From NCBI GenBank assembly GCA_965198225.1, contig CBDAOY010000007.1, positions 704,001-768,000 on the forward strand: a stretch of DNA of 64,000 nucleotides, given 5' to 3'. This DNA comes from Terriglobia bacterium (GTDB lineage Bacteria; Acidobacteriota; Terriglobia; 20CM-2-55-15). This document shows positions 29,748 through 39,190 of the stretch, piece after piece. Position 1 is the first letter of the stretch, and every line of letters starts with the position of its first letter. Below the pieces are notes generated by a model, which was not told where the DNA came from, did not search any database, and worked only from the letters and a program-made list of their open reading frames with translations. The position numbers and the translations under genes were made by a program.

Positions 29748-29919
29748 CTAGCAGGCTGCTGAAAAACTCCGTTTTTCGGCTGTCTGTGTCGCGGCATAGG
29801 ATGTGCCGCCGCCATTTTCGATGGCTGTAAGCCATTGAGAATGTGAGGCACCTGAGAATCACACTTCTCAGGTGACGTTGCTGAAAAAGCCACTGAGGGC
29901 TTTTTCAGCATCCTGCTAG
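29748..29919. mobile_element. MITE-like element, 172 bp, TIR CTAGCAGG(C/A)TGCTGAAAAA
   Basis: ctagcaggctgctgaaaaa ... tttttcagcatcctgctag (18/19 match); internal hairpins cacctgagaa/ttctcaggtg and ctgaaaaagcc/ggctttttcag. Confidence 0.75.
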
Positions 29920-29927
29920 AGGTGTTC

Positions 29928-31310
29928 ATGAGCAGGCTACCTGGCCTCGCCGTGGCGATGGCGCTTTCGATCGTGCTACCGGCGCTCGGAGCGCAGCAGT
30001 TCGAGCCGCCGGAGATGGCACTGTTTTTCCAGGCGGGCGGCGAGGATGAAGATACGGCCCAGAGCGCGCTCGCAAAGATTGGCGCGAGCTGGAAGGATGG
30101 GTACGCTCCCATCCTCGTCACGCTGGCGCGGTTGATGCGACCGCCATCGCCGATCCGACACCGTTTGATCGACTTTCTCGGCGAGCAGACGGGCCAGGAC
30201 TTTGGGCAGGATCTTGCAGCGTGGCAACGATGGACGTGGAAGCTTCCCTACGACCCGCACCCCAACTACGGCCCGTTCCTGGGAGCAATGTACGGCCAGG
30301 TCGATCGTCGGATGATGGATTTCTTTCCCATCGGCGTCGAGGCCACCATCGAGGCCACCATCCGCCTGGATGAAGTCGACTGGGGTGGGGTCAGCGTGAA
30401 CGGCATTCCGCCTCTGGACCATCCGGTCCATATCCCGGCCTCGGAGGCGGACTACCTTTCTGACGACCATGTCGTTTTTGGAATTGCCGTCAACGGAGAG
30501 GCCCGTGCCTACCCGAAGAGAATCCTGGCATGGCACGAGATGGCGGCCGACCAGATCGGAGGAGTCGAACTGACGATCATTTACTGCACCCTCTGCGGCA
30601 CGGTTCTTCCCTACGAGAGTGTCGTAGATGGGGCTTTGAGGAAGTTTGGCACGAGCGGTTTTCTCTACCGCTCCAACAAACTGTTCTTCGACGAGGCGAC
30701 CAAGAGCCTTTGGTCGACCCTGGAGGGGCGTCCGGTTGTCGGCGAACTGGCTGGAACCGATCTGGAATTGAAGCTGAGATCGTCGGTCACGACGACCTGG
30801 GGAGAGTGGCGCCGCGAGCACCCCGCAACGACGGTGCTTTCGATCGACACGGGGTACGATCGGGATTACGGCGAAGGTGTCGCCTACAAGGAATATTTTG
30901 CCACCGACCGCCTGATGTTCCAGGTTCCCGAAACCGACGACCGACTCCGCAACAAGGACGAAGTTCTGGTGATGCTGATCGAGCCCTCATCGGGTACCGG
31001 TGATCGTCAACCTGTCGCGATATCAGCCGAGTTCCTGGACGATAACCGTGTCTACCCTTTCGAGCTTGATGGGCGTTCGTATGTGGTGATCACCTCCGAG
31101 AGGGGAGCGAACCGGGTGTTTGAGACGGCGGCGGTTCGATTCAGACGGGATGACGATTCCGATCGTATCCGCGACCGGGAAGGCAGGACCTGGACTGTGA
31201 GTGAGGACGCCCTGGTATCAGGTGATGATCGACTTGCCCGGGTCACGGCCAACCGGGCCTTCTGGTTCGGCTGGTACTCGCAGTTTCCCGAAACCAGGCT
31301 GATCAAGTGA
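29928..31310 (+). CDS. Secreted DUF3179-family protein with CxxC
   Basis: Signal peptide, WGGV..NGIPPLD, ARAYP, WHE, YCTLCGT, FGTSGFLYRSN, FWFGW. Confidence 0.85.
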   Translation: MSRLPGLAVAMALSIVLPALGAQQFEPPEMALFFQAGGEDEDTAQSALAKIGASWKDGYAPILVTLARLMRPPSPIRHRLIDFLGEQTGQDFGQDLAAWQRWTWKLPYDPHPNYGPFLGAMYGQVDRRMMDFFPIGVEATIEATIRLDEVDWGGVSVNGIPPLDHPVHIPASEADYLSDDHVVFGIAVNGEARAYPKRILAWHEMAADQIGGVELTIIYCTLCGTVLPYESVVDGALRKFGTSGFLYRSNKLFFDEATKSLWSTLEGRPVVGELAGTDLELKLRSSVTTTWGEWRREHPATTVLSIDTGYDRDYGEGVAYKEYFATDRLMFQVPETDDRLRNKDEVLVMLIEPSSGTGDRQPVAISAEFLDDNRVYPFELDGRSYVVITSERGANRVFETAAVRFRRDDDSDRIRDREGRTWTVSEDALVSGDDRLARVTANRAFWFGWYSQFPETRLIK

Positions 31311-31352
31311 TGTGAAGGTAGCCAGGGTCGTTCGCCCCATCGACATGGTCCG

Positions 31353-31416
31353 TGAGAGACCCACGTGAGGGGGACAGGGCTTGCCCTGTCCCCGGGTGTT
31401 GGCTGAGTAGAAATGT
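31353..31416. repeat. Palindromic repeat family GGGGACAGGG-n-CCCTGTCCCC (~60-75 bp unit); copies at 36478-36525, 49757-49821, 50006-50040, 56792-56852, truncated flank at 19150-19181
   Basis: Conserved gtgagggggacagggc..gccctgtcccgggtg core with conserved flanks. Confidence 0.8.
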
Positions 31417-31488
31417 TACGGAACGACTATCGGAAAATCCACAATTGAAGTTCGAAATCGTAGGATCTGAGATTTCAGATCGGAGCCA

Positions 31489-32064
31489 CTACACCCGCCC
31501 CATTCTCTTGATCTCTTTGTACCGGAAGCAGTCCACGCTGTGATCGTTGACCATGCCGACAGCCTGCATGAACGCATAACAGATCGTCGAGCCGACGAAG
31601 CGGAAGCCATGTGCCTTCAGGTCCTTACCCATCGCGTCCGATTGTCCGGTTTGAGCGGGCACGTCGCGAGGCCGGGAGAACCGGTTCTGGATGGCTTTCC
31701 CGGCGGTGAACTGCCAGATGTATGAGTCGAAGGAGCCGAATTCTTTCCAGACCCGCCCAAAGGCCCTGGCGTTCCCGATCGAAGCCGCAACTTTCAGGCG
31801 GTTCCTGACGATGCCCGGATTACCCAGCAACTGTTGCACCTTGCGGTCTCGATAGCGGGCGATCTTCGCCGGTTCGAAGCTATCGTACGCCTTGCGGTAG
31901 TTTTCCCTTTTCTTCAGGATCGTCGACCAACTCAGGCCGGCCTGGACACCCTCCAGGATCAGAAACTCGAACAGCACCCGATCGTCATGGACAGGAACTC
32001 CCCACTCTTCGTCGTGGTAGGCGACCATCAGCGGGTCCGATCCCGCCCATTCGCACCGCTTCAC
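31489..32064 (-). CDS. tag: DNA-3-methyladenine glycosylase I
   Basis: RCEWA, YHDEEWG, LEGVQAGLSW, IVRNRLK, FRFVGSTICYAFMQAVGMVNDH..DC; GTG start overlaps the upstream stop. Confidence 0.95.
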   Translation of the reverse strand: MKRCEWAGSDPLMVAYHDEEWGVPVHDDRVLFEFLILEGVQAGLSWSTILKKRENYRKAYDSFEPAKIARYRDRKVQQLLGNPGIVRNRLKVAASIGNARAFGRVWKEFGSFDSYIWQFTAGKAIQNRFSRPRDVPAQTGQSDAMGKDLKAHGFRFVGSTICYAFMQAVGMVNDHSVDCFRYKEIKRMGRV

Positions 32065-32825
32065 CCTTGCGCTTCCTTCCTGGCAACGAGACATAGTCGA
32101 GCTGAGTCCACAGAGAACGGCTCTCCTGTCGCAGTATCGAGGGCTTCGAAATCGCCGAAACCAGCGGACTCCAGCAGTGACACCAGTTCGCGGTAGGTGT
32201 AAACCCGGAGGGAGAATCTCTTCGTTGCCTTCTGATCGTCGGTTATCAGGATCCAGTCCGAATCGACTCGGCTGTTCTCGTGATCGTAGGAGCATTCCTC
32301 CACGAGTATCCAGTCTCCCGCGCGGCTCCATATGCGGGACCGAAAATCTCGAAGGACGATCTCGGTGACGTACGTGTCGATCAGGAACTTGCCGCCAGGC
32401 TTCAGCGCCCGCCACACCGCCTCGACGAAATCTCGATTACCTTTATCGTCAAAGTATCCAAAACTGCTCCAATAACAGATCGCAGCGTCGAACTCGTCCC
32501 ACCAGGGGAGATCCCGCATATCGCCCTGACGGCAAGTCAACTTTACTGACTGTTCTTGCGCTCTCTTGTTCGCTGCTTCAACGAGCGCCGGCTGGAGATC
32601 GATCCCGGTTACGTCCCAACCGCCCAGGGCGAGCTGAAGGCCGAGACGGCCGTTGCCGCAGGGAACGTCCAGCACCTTTGATGCAGCTTCGAGGTTGAGC
32701 GTCTTACGGATGAAGTCGGTTTCGGCAAGAGTTGCCTCGTCAGTCTTGGCTCGTTCGAGAAAGTCCGGCCACACGCCGGTGAAGAAATCGTTCCACCAAT
32801 CACTTTGAGCCGAGTCGCCAGACAT
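32061..32825 (-). CDS. Class I SAM-dependent methyltransferase
   Basis: VLDVPCGNGR, GDMRDL, SSFGYF, LKPGGKF. Confidence 0.9.
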   Translation of the reverse strand: MSGDSAQSDWWNDFFTGVWPDFLERAKTDEATLAETDFIRKTLNLEAASKVLDVPCGNGRLGLQLALGGWDVTGIDLQPALVEAANKRAQEQSVKLTCRQGDMRDLPWWDEFDAAICYWSSFGYFDDKGNRDFVEAVWRALKPGGKFLIDTYVTEIVLRDFRSRIWSRAGDWILVEECSYDHENSRVDSDWILITDDQKATKRFSLRVYTYRELVSLLESAGFGDFEALDTATGEPFSVDSARLCLVARKEAQG

Positions 32826-32841
32826 TATTCGGGAGGCAAAA

Positions 32842-32914
32842 TGCCGAGGGACGGAATTGAACCGCCGACGCCGGCCTTTTCAGGGCCGCGCTCTACCAAC
32901 TGAGCTACCTCGGC
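32842..32914 (-). tRNA. tRNA-Phe(GAA), CCA not encoded
   Basis: GCCGAGGTAGCTCAGTTGGTAGAGCGCGGCCCTGAAAAGGCCGGCGTCGGCGGTTCAATTCCGTCCCTCGGCA folds as a cloverleaf with anticodon GAA. Confidence 0.95.
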
Positions 32915-33014
32915 ACGCGCCCCGGTTCACTCTTCGAACAGAGAAGCGAACCCCTAAGATAGCGGTTTTGATACTGCGGGTAAAGGGTCAATAGGAGGTC
33001 CGGCCGGCCCGACC

Positions 33015-33282
33015 AGTGGCCTGTGACAGAGAGAGTGGTAGTGGCGTTGCGAGCGCAACGGTACCGGATTCTAGGAGTGCCGCCCGAGGTAATGCTGTTT
33101 CATTCCGAGAAGGCGCGACAACGAAGACGGTGCTGTTCCGCCGCAACCCGAAGGGACGATGGGTCCTGCCCTCCGTGCCTGATGAGCTAGGAGACAGGCG
33201 ATGTCCTTGGCTCGGCGACGATTCATCAAAGAAACCGCAAGGCCCATCGGCGACGCTGGCACTCTCTCTGTTACAGGTCACT
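33015..33282. mobile_element. MITE-like element, 268 bp, 23-bp TIRs; right TIR contains the ileS stop codon
   Basis: agtggcctgtgacagagagagtg ... cactctctctgttacaggtcact (21/23 match). Confidence 0.75.
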
Positions 33283-36200
33283 CTGCCTTCGAGATACCGA
33301 TCTCGCAGGTTAGTCCGTCGATCTCCCATCGAGCCTGGTGATCCGCTTCCACCCGCTCGGTATCCACCGCCACTGCCAGGGTCTCCGACATGACGTAGTC
33401 GGAAAGCTCGAGGATTGCGCGAGTGAGGTTGTCGTCGGCCTTGACGCCGATCCGGATCCTGTCGGTGACTTCCAGCCCGGCGTCCTTTCTCATGTTCTGG
33501 ACGCGGTTCACGAATTCCCGAGCCAGGCCTTCATCGACCAGATCCGGCGTCAGGGCGGTGTCGATGGCGACGGTGAGACCGTCCCTCGATTCAACCATCC
33601 AGCCTTCGATGTCTTTTGCGGCTACCGAGACGTCTTCACCCTCGATCGTAACAGCGTTCCCGCCAACCTCGGTTTCAAACGAACCCCGGCTTTCGAGCTG
33701 GAGGATCTCTTCCTTCGACATCGATCGAATGCGGTTTGCCACCGCATTGACGGCCTTGCCGAAACGCGGCCCGAGACGCCTGAAGTTCGGCGTTGCGCTC
33801 TTCTGGACCAGTGGCGAGTCGTCGTCGATAAACTCGATTTCCTTCACGTTGATTTCCTCGAGTATCACTTCTCGAGTCCTCTCGATGGGATCCCGAACGT
33901 CGTCGGACACCGGGATGGCGATCCGGCTCAGGGGCTGTCGTACCTTCAGCCCGCTTCGGGAACGCATCGAGCGCACCAGGAAGACGATACTCTGCGCGAG
34001 TTCCATGCGACGTTCCAGGTTCTCGTCGATCCGGTCGCTTTGGGGTTCGATCATCGGAGCCACGTGGATCGAAGGATGTTTTTCCCGTCCTGTGGCTTCC
34101 ATCAGGCATCGATACAGTTCATCGGATACAAAAGGTGCGATGGGCGCCATCATCTTTGCGATGCCGGCAAGGCATTCGAACAGCGTCTGGTATGCGGCAA
34201 TTTTGTCGGAACTGAGCTCGCTCTTCCAAAATCGGCGACGGTTTCGCCGGACGTACCAGTTGGAGAGCTGCTCGATCGCGAAATCGGACACGAGGCGAGC
34301 GGCCCGGGTCGGATCGTAAGCTTCCATCGCGTTCAAGTAATCTGCAGCCGTCGTATCGAGAAGGGACAGAATCCACCGGTCGATGTCGGCGCGCTCTGAA
34401 ATCGGGACATCCTCTTCGGTGTGGGTGAATCCGTCGATGTTTGCGTACAGCGCGAAGAACGAATAGGTGTTCAGCAGCGTGGAGAACAGCTTCCGCTGAA
34501 CCTCTCCGATTGCGTCCTCGTCGAACAGTTTGGGCTTCCACGGAGGAGAAGAGACGATCAGGAACCACCGCACCACATCCGCCCCGTACTGGTCGATGAC
34601 GCGGAACGGGTCGACCGTGTTCCCCTTCCGCTTGGACATCTTCTGGCCGTCCTTGTCCAGGACCAGTTCGTTGACGATGACGTTCTTGAAGCACGGCTCC
34701 TTGAACAGGTGGGAGCTGATCGCGTGCAGAGTGTAGAACCAACCCCTCGTCTGGTCGATTCCTTCGGCGATGTAATCGGCGGGGAAGGAGTGCTTGAAGA
34801 TGTCCTCGTTCTCGAACGGATAGTGCCACTGGGCGAAGGGCATCGACCCGGAATCGAACCAGGCGTCTACAACCTCGGGGATTCGCCGCATTGTTCCGCC
34901 ACAGCTGCAGTCCAGAGTGACGCGATCCATGTAGGGCTTGTGCAGGTCGAGGGGATCGGGCAGGTTGTGGCCGTCCCGTTGAAGCTCGTCGACGCTTCCG
35001 ATCGACCGTCGCTCATCGCAGGACCCGCAGACCCAGATCGGTATCGGCGTACCCCAGTAGCGGTCACGCGAGATTGCCCAGTCTTTGTTTTCTTCGAGCC
35101 AGTTTCCAAATCGTCCCTCGCCGACCTCGGGTGGCTGCCAGCGTATCGACCGGTTGTAGGCGAGCATTCGAGAGGCGTAGGCGGTGGTCCGGATGTACCA
35201 GGATCGCCGGGCGTAGAAGATGAGCGGCGTGTCGCACCTCCAGCAGTGCGGGTAGCTGTGACGGTAGTTTTCCCTCAGTTGGAGTAGCCCGCGCGCCTTT
35301 AGATCCCTGGTGATTTCGGGATCTGCCTCTTTGAAGAACATGCCGGCGAAAGGACCGGCCTCTGCTCGGAACCGGCCCTCTGAATCGAGGGCGTGGATCA
35401 TCGGCAGGTTGTGGGTCTTGGACGCCTGGTAGTCGTCTTCACCGTAGGCCGGAGCCATGTGCACGATCCCCGAACCATCCGTCGTGGTCACAAAAGACGC
35501 CTCTATGACGTAGAAGGCCTTATCTTCGACGGGAAAGAAGTCGAACAGGCGCTCGTATTCCTTGCCGGCGAGCGCCGATCCCGGAAACGTTTCAACGACC
35601 TCGACGCCCTCCTCCAGAACCGACAAGCGATCCCTGGCCAGGATCAGGTATTCGTCTTCGAGCCGGACCCTGACGTATTCGACGTCCGGCCCGACCGCGA
35701 GCGCCACGTTGGAGATCAGAGTCCAGGGAGTCGTTGTCCAGACGAGGAAGAACGTGTCTTCTTCACCGACCAGGGCCGCTTTGATGTACACGGAGGGATC
35801 GTCGACATCGCGGTAACCCTGCGACACCTCGTGGGACGAAAGAGGGGTCCCGCACCTCGGGCAGTACAACTGAATCTTGAAATCCTGGTAAATCAGGCTG
35901 TCCCGGAAGAACGAATCGAGCGCCCACCACACCGACTCGATGTAGTCGTTCTCACACGTGACATAGGGCTTTTCCATATCGACCCAGTAGCCCATCCGAT
36001 GCGTGAGGTCCTCCCAGACGTTTTTGTACTCGAACACCGACTTCCGACAGGCGGCGTTGAAGCGGTCGATTCCGTACTCATCGATCTCTTCCTTGTGTTT
36101 GATACCCAGCTGGCGCTCGACCTCGATCTCAACCGGCAGGCCGTGAGTGTCCCAACCGGCCTTCCGGTGCACCTGGTAGCCCCGCATGGTCTTGTACCGG

Positions 36201-36418
36201 CAGACGAGATCCTTGATTGTCCGGGAAAACACGTGGTGGATTCCGGGCTTGCCGTTGGCCGTCGGCGGCCCCTCGTAAAAAGTGTAGTCCGGCCCGTCAT
36301 GTCGGACTTGGACGCTCTCCTCGAAGACCTTGTGCGATTTCCAATACTCGAGGATGGACTCTTCCAGCACGGGCAGCTGCTCCGGAAGCTTCAGCTTGTC
36401 CGATATCTGCCTGAACAT
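33278..36418 (-). CDS. ileS: Isoleucine--tRNA ligase, type 2
   Basis: EGPPTANGKPGIHH, GWDTHGLPVE, WTTTPWT, DWAISRDRYWGTPIP, AEGIDQTRGWF, KMSKR; type-2 C-terminus EGLAREFVNRVQNMRK. Confidence 0.96.
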   Translation of the reverse strand: MFRQISDKLKLPEQLPVLEESILEYWKSHKVFEESVQVRHDGPDYTFYEGPPTANGKPGIHHVFSRTIKDLVCRYKTMRGYQVHRKAGWDTHGLPVEIEVERQLGIKHKEEIDEYGIDRFNAACRKSVFEYKNVWEDLTHRMGYWVDMEKPYVTCENDYIESVWWALDSFFRDSLIYQDFKIQLYCPRCGTPLSSHEVSQGYRDVDDPSVYIKAALVGEEDTFFLVWTTTPWTLISNVALAVGPDVEYVRVRLEDEYLILARDRLSVLEEGVEVVETFPGSALAGKEYERLFDFFPVEDKAFYVIEASFVTTTDGSGIVHMAPAYGEDDYQASKTHNLPMIHALDSEGRFRAEAGPFAGMFFKEADPEITRDLKARGLLQLRENYRHSYPHCWRCDTPLIFYARRSWYIRTTAYASRMLAYNRSIRWQPPEVGEGRFGNWLEENKDWAISRDRYWGTPIPIWVCGSCDERRSIGSVDELQRDGHNLPDPLDLHKPYMDRVTLDCSCGGTMRRIPEVVDAWFDSGSMPFAQWHYPFENEDIFKHSFPADYIAEGIDQTRGWFYTLHAISSHLFKEPCFKNVIVNELVLDKDGQKMSKRKGNTVDPFRVIDQYGADVVRWFLIVSSPPWKPKLFDEDAIGEVQRKLFSTLLNTYSFFALYANIDGFTHTEEDVPISERADIDRWILSLLDTTAADYLNAMEAYDPTRAARLVSDFAIEQLSNWYVRRNRRRFWKSELSSDKIAAYQTLFECLAGIAKMMAPIAPFVSDELYRCLMEATGREKHPSIHVAPMIEPQSDRIDENLERRMELAQSIVFLVRSMRSRSGLKVRQPLSRIAIPVSDDVRDPIERTREVILEEINVKEIEFIDDDSPLVQKSATPNFRRLGPRFGKAVNAVANRIRSMSKEEILQLESRGSFETEVGGNAVTIEGEDVSVAAKDIEGWMVESRDGLTVAIDTALTPDLVDEGLAREFVNRVQNMRKDAGLEVTDRIRIGVKADDNLTRAILELSDYVMSETLAVAVDTERVEADHQARWEIDGLTCEIGISKAE

Positions 36419-36582
36419 CCCTCTAATCTAACATGTCAAGTCAGGCGGAGATCCGTGCGTCGCGCGTCACGGCCCGCGAGGGAGCCACTGTGAGGGGGAC
36501 AGGGCTAGCCCTGTCCCCGGGTGGTGTGCTCAATCGACCAATTGCCGTGAGGGATTGTTCAAGTGTGCGATGCCTATGGTCC

Positions 36583-36656
36583 GGTGTAGGTGCGGTCTAT
36601 GACCGCACAATTCATCAAGATGCGATATTTGTGCGCTCACAGAGCGCACCTACACC
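36583..36656. repeat. GTAG-type REP doublet (REPIN)
   Basis: ggtgtaggtgcggtctatgaccgcac ... gtgcgctcacagagcgcacctacacc. Confidence 0.85.
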
Positions 36657-36682
36657 TGGGGGAAGATTCCGCCATCTATCCC

Positions 36683-36710
36683 AAAAAAAAGCCTCCGCTT
36701 TCGCGGAGCC
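36683..36710 (-). terminator. Rho-independent terminator after recA
   Basis: Minus strand ctccgc-gaaa-gcggag stem followed by a T run. Confidence 0.75.
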
Positions 36711-36773
36711 TGCGCAACGAGTTGTGAGAACTGAGTGAGATACTAGGCTTATCGGTCGGAAAGCCGTTTCGCT

Positions 36774-37862
36774 TTACTTCTTTTTGTGCCGGCGCTTCCT
36801 CGAGGGCTCAGACTCAGCGTCGTTGGCCGGAGTTGCGGCCACGGCCGCCACCCGGGTTCCAGCCACTCCAAGACCGAGTTTTCCTCGAACGGCTTCTTCG
36901 ACCCGCGCATGGTATTCATCATTGTCACGCAGGAACTGCTTTGCGTTTTCGCGCCCCTGGCCGAGTCGCTCGCCTTCGAAGGAGAACCACGAGCCGCTCT
37001 TGTCGACGATATTGTGGTCGACTGCCAGGTCCAGAAGTTCTCCCTGGGTAGAGATCCCCTCGCCGTACATGATGTCGAATTCCGCATTGCGGAAAGGAGG
37101 AGCGACCTTATTCTTGACGACCTTGACGCGGGTGCGGTTGCCGACGATAGCGTCCCCGTCCTTGATCGAGCCGATCCGCCGAATGTCGGCTCTGATGGAC
37201 GAATAGAACTTCAGCGCCCGGCCGCCGGTCGTCGTTTCAGGATTGCCGAACATCACCCCGATCTTTTCGCGGATCTGGTTGATGAAGATCAGGCTTGTCC
37301 GGGACTTCGAGACCACCCCGGTAAGCTTCCGCAGAGCCTGAGACATCAGCCGGGCCTGGAGGCCCATCTGCGCCTCTCCCATCTCCCCTTCCAGTTCCGC
37401 CCGGGGAACCAGGGCCGCTACCGAGTCGACTACAACGACATCGATTGCGCCGCTGCGGATCAGTACTTCGGTGATCTCCAGGGCCTGTTCGCCGCTGTCG
37501 GGCTGGGACACCAGGAGATTGTCCACGTCGACTCCCAGCTTGCCTGCGTAGACGGCGTCCAGAGCATGTTCAGCGTCGACGAAAGCTGCTGTACCGCCGA
37601 GCTTCTGAGCTTCGGCAATTATATGCAGCGTCAGCGTTGTCTTGCCGCTGGATTCCGGCCCGTAGATTTCCGCCACTCGTCCTCTTGGAAACCCGCCGAC
37701 ACCGAGTGCCGCGTCGAGAGCAAGTGATCCGGACGGGATGGTTTCGATCTTGGGGATGTTGTCGCTACCCAGGCGCATGATCGATCCCTTGCCGAATTGT
37801 TTCTCGATCTGGGTGACCGCGAGGTCAAGTGCTCGTGCTTTTTCTTTTGTTTCTTCTGCCAT
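36774..37862 (-). CDS. recA: Recombinase RecA
   Basis: [43 protein letters not shown]. Confidence 0.98.
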   Translation of the reverse strand: MAEETKEKARALDLAVTQIEKQFGKGSIMRLGSDNIPKIETIPSGSLALDAALGVGGFPRGRVAEIYGPESSGKTTLTLHIIAEAQKLGGTAAFVDAEHALDAVYAGKLGVDVDNLLVSQPDSGEQALEITEVLIRSGAIDVVVVDSVAALVPRAELEGEMGEAQMGLQARLMSQALRKLTGVVSKSRTSLIFINQIREKIGVMFGNPETTTGGRALKFYSSIRADIRRIGSIKDGDAIVGNRTRVKVVKNKVAPPFRNAEFDIMYGEGISTQGELLDLAVDHNIVDKSGSWFSFEGERLGQGRENAKQFLRDNDEYHARVEEAVRGKLGLGVAGTRVAAVAATPANDAESEPSRKRRHKKK

Positions 37863-37941
37863 GTTTCCTCTTTCCTGTTCTGGGCCGGTCGGTCACCTGT
37901 CCTGGGGACACGGGTGACGGGAAGGGCTGAACTCTACTTTA

Positions 37942-39093
37942 TTACGTTGCGCGCTCGGCGCTCCAACAGTTCGTGAGGCGCAGCTCGTCGCGAACGAGAC
38001 CGGTCAACTGGTCCGGGGTCACCCTGCCGTCGGAAAAACTCGGAACCATCCGGCGGTATCTCCCCTCCTCGGGGTCGATTTGCTGCGCGTGGCTGAAGGA
38101 TTCCTTGGCTTTGCGTCGCCAGTTCATTTCCAGGCAAAGCAGTCCCATCTGGTAGAACGCCTCGCCGAACCCCGGATCCATCTGGGTGGCCTGTTTCAGA
38201 TGATCGATCGCACGCCGGTGGCGGCCGCCTGCGTAATAGATCGCTCCCAGCATGAAATGGATCGGCGCCGACGGCTGCAATTCGAGGGCCCGGCTGAGAT
38301 GGTCCCGTGCCAGCTGCGGGTTTCCGCTGTCGAGCAGCAGGGAACCCAGGGTGGCGAGCGCGGCCGGTGAATCGCTCCTGAGGCCGACAGCCCGTTCCAG
38401 GAGCCGCTGAGATTCACGGTAGTTTCCGTTTTGCTTCTGGAGCAGCCCCATCAGCAGCGTGGCTTCGAAGTGATCGGTCTTGGTGTCCAGCACCCGCCGG
38501 AGACACTCGCTCGACCGGCCGAATTCGGCGGACTGGAAGTACGCTTCGGCGAGCAGCATACCGAGTTCGTAGTTCGAAGGATCGTTCTCGTACGCCGACT
38601 CCAGCGAATGGAGGCTCTCGGTCGTGCGGTCCGACGCCAGCAGCTCATACGCCCGCTCCATCCACATCGTGAACTGCTTCCGTTGAGAGCCCCGGTAGAG
38701 GTCGATGATCTCTTCCATCCGGGAGCCCAGTCTGTCGACTTCTTCGTTCTCCAGAAGCCGTGCGTCGATCTTCTTCCTCCACTCCGATTCCAGATTTGCC
38801 AGATTGATTCCGGCCGATTCAAGAGAGTCGGTGAGTGTCTCGATCATGGTGTGGTCGATGAAACTGTTCGCGGCCACCCGTTCGACGGTTTCGCCAAGCG
38901 TATCGAGACGTTTATTGATCGCGGACAGTGCGTGTTCCATCGCGCTGATTCGTTCGAGCACGTGCTCATCCATGAAGCCCATCGGCGACTCGGACGCGAC
39001 TGTTCCGGAGGCCACGAGGAGCTTCCAGCCGCATTTCCAGCAGAACTGCCGCGTCAGCGCGTTCCGTGTGGTGCAATTCTGGCAGTGGATCAT
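37942..39093 (-). CDS. Zinc-ribbon + coiled-coil + TPR protein
   Basis: MIHCQNC...FCWKCG N-terminus, multiple TPR helices; start set at ATG 39093. Confidence 0.8.
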   Translation of the reverse strand: MIHCQNCTTRNALTRQFCWKCGWKLLVASGTVASESPMGFMDEHVLERISAMEHALSAINKRLDTLGETVERVAANSFIDHTMIETLTDSLESAGINLANLESEWRKKIDARLLENEEVDRLGSRMEEIIDLYRGSQRKQFTMWMERAYELLASDRTTESLHSLESAYENDPSNYELGMLLAEAYFQSAEFGRSSECLRRVLDTKTDHFEATLLMGLLQKQNGNYRESQRLLERAVGLRSDSPAALATLGSLLLDSGNPQLARDHLSRALELQPSAPIHFMLGAIYYAGGRHRRAIDHLKQATQMDPGFGEAFYQMGLLCLEMNWRRKAKESFSHAQQIDPEEGRYRRMVPSFSDGRVTPDQLTGLVRDELRLTNCWSAERAT

Positions 39094-39190
39094 GGTTAAG
39101 AATGATCGAGACGCAGGACAGGTGTGGTCCATTGGGGAAGTAGTCGGTTGTCGGACGCTTCCTAACGGCCTACGGACAACGGCCTACGGC

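Noticed and set aside
29578-29862. Minus-strand ORF with CKLCH heme-binding-like motif
   Set aside because: Both ends lie inside MITE-like elements, there is no signal peptide or RBS, and codon usage is atypical; probably chance
32065-32415. N-terminal extension of tag in the ORF track
   Set aside because: Overlaps the methyltransferase in another frame; homology starts at GTG 32064
32842-33015. tRNA-Phe as an integration site of a prophage or ICE
   Set aside because: No integrase, phage genes or duplicated tRNA 3' end seen in the window
37863-37941. LexA box upstream of recA
   Set aside because: No convincing GTTC-N7-GTTC, GAAC-N4-GTTC or CTGT-N8-ACAG match found by eye
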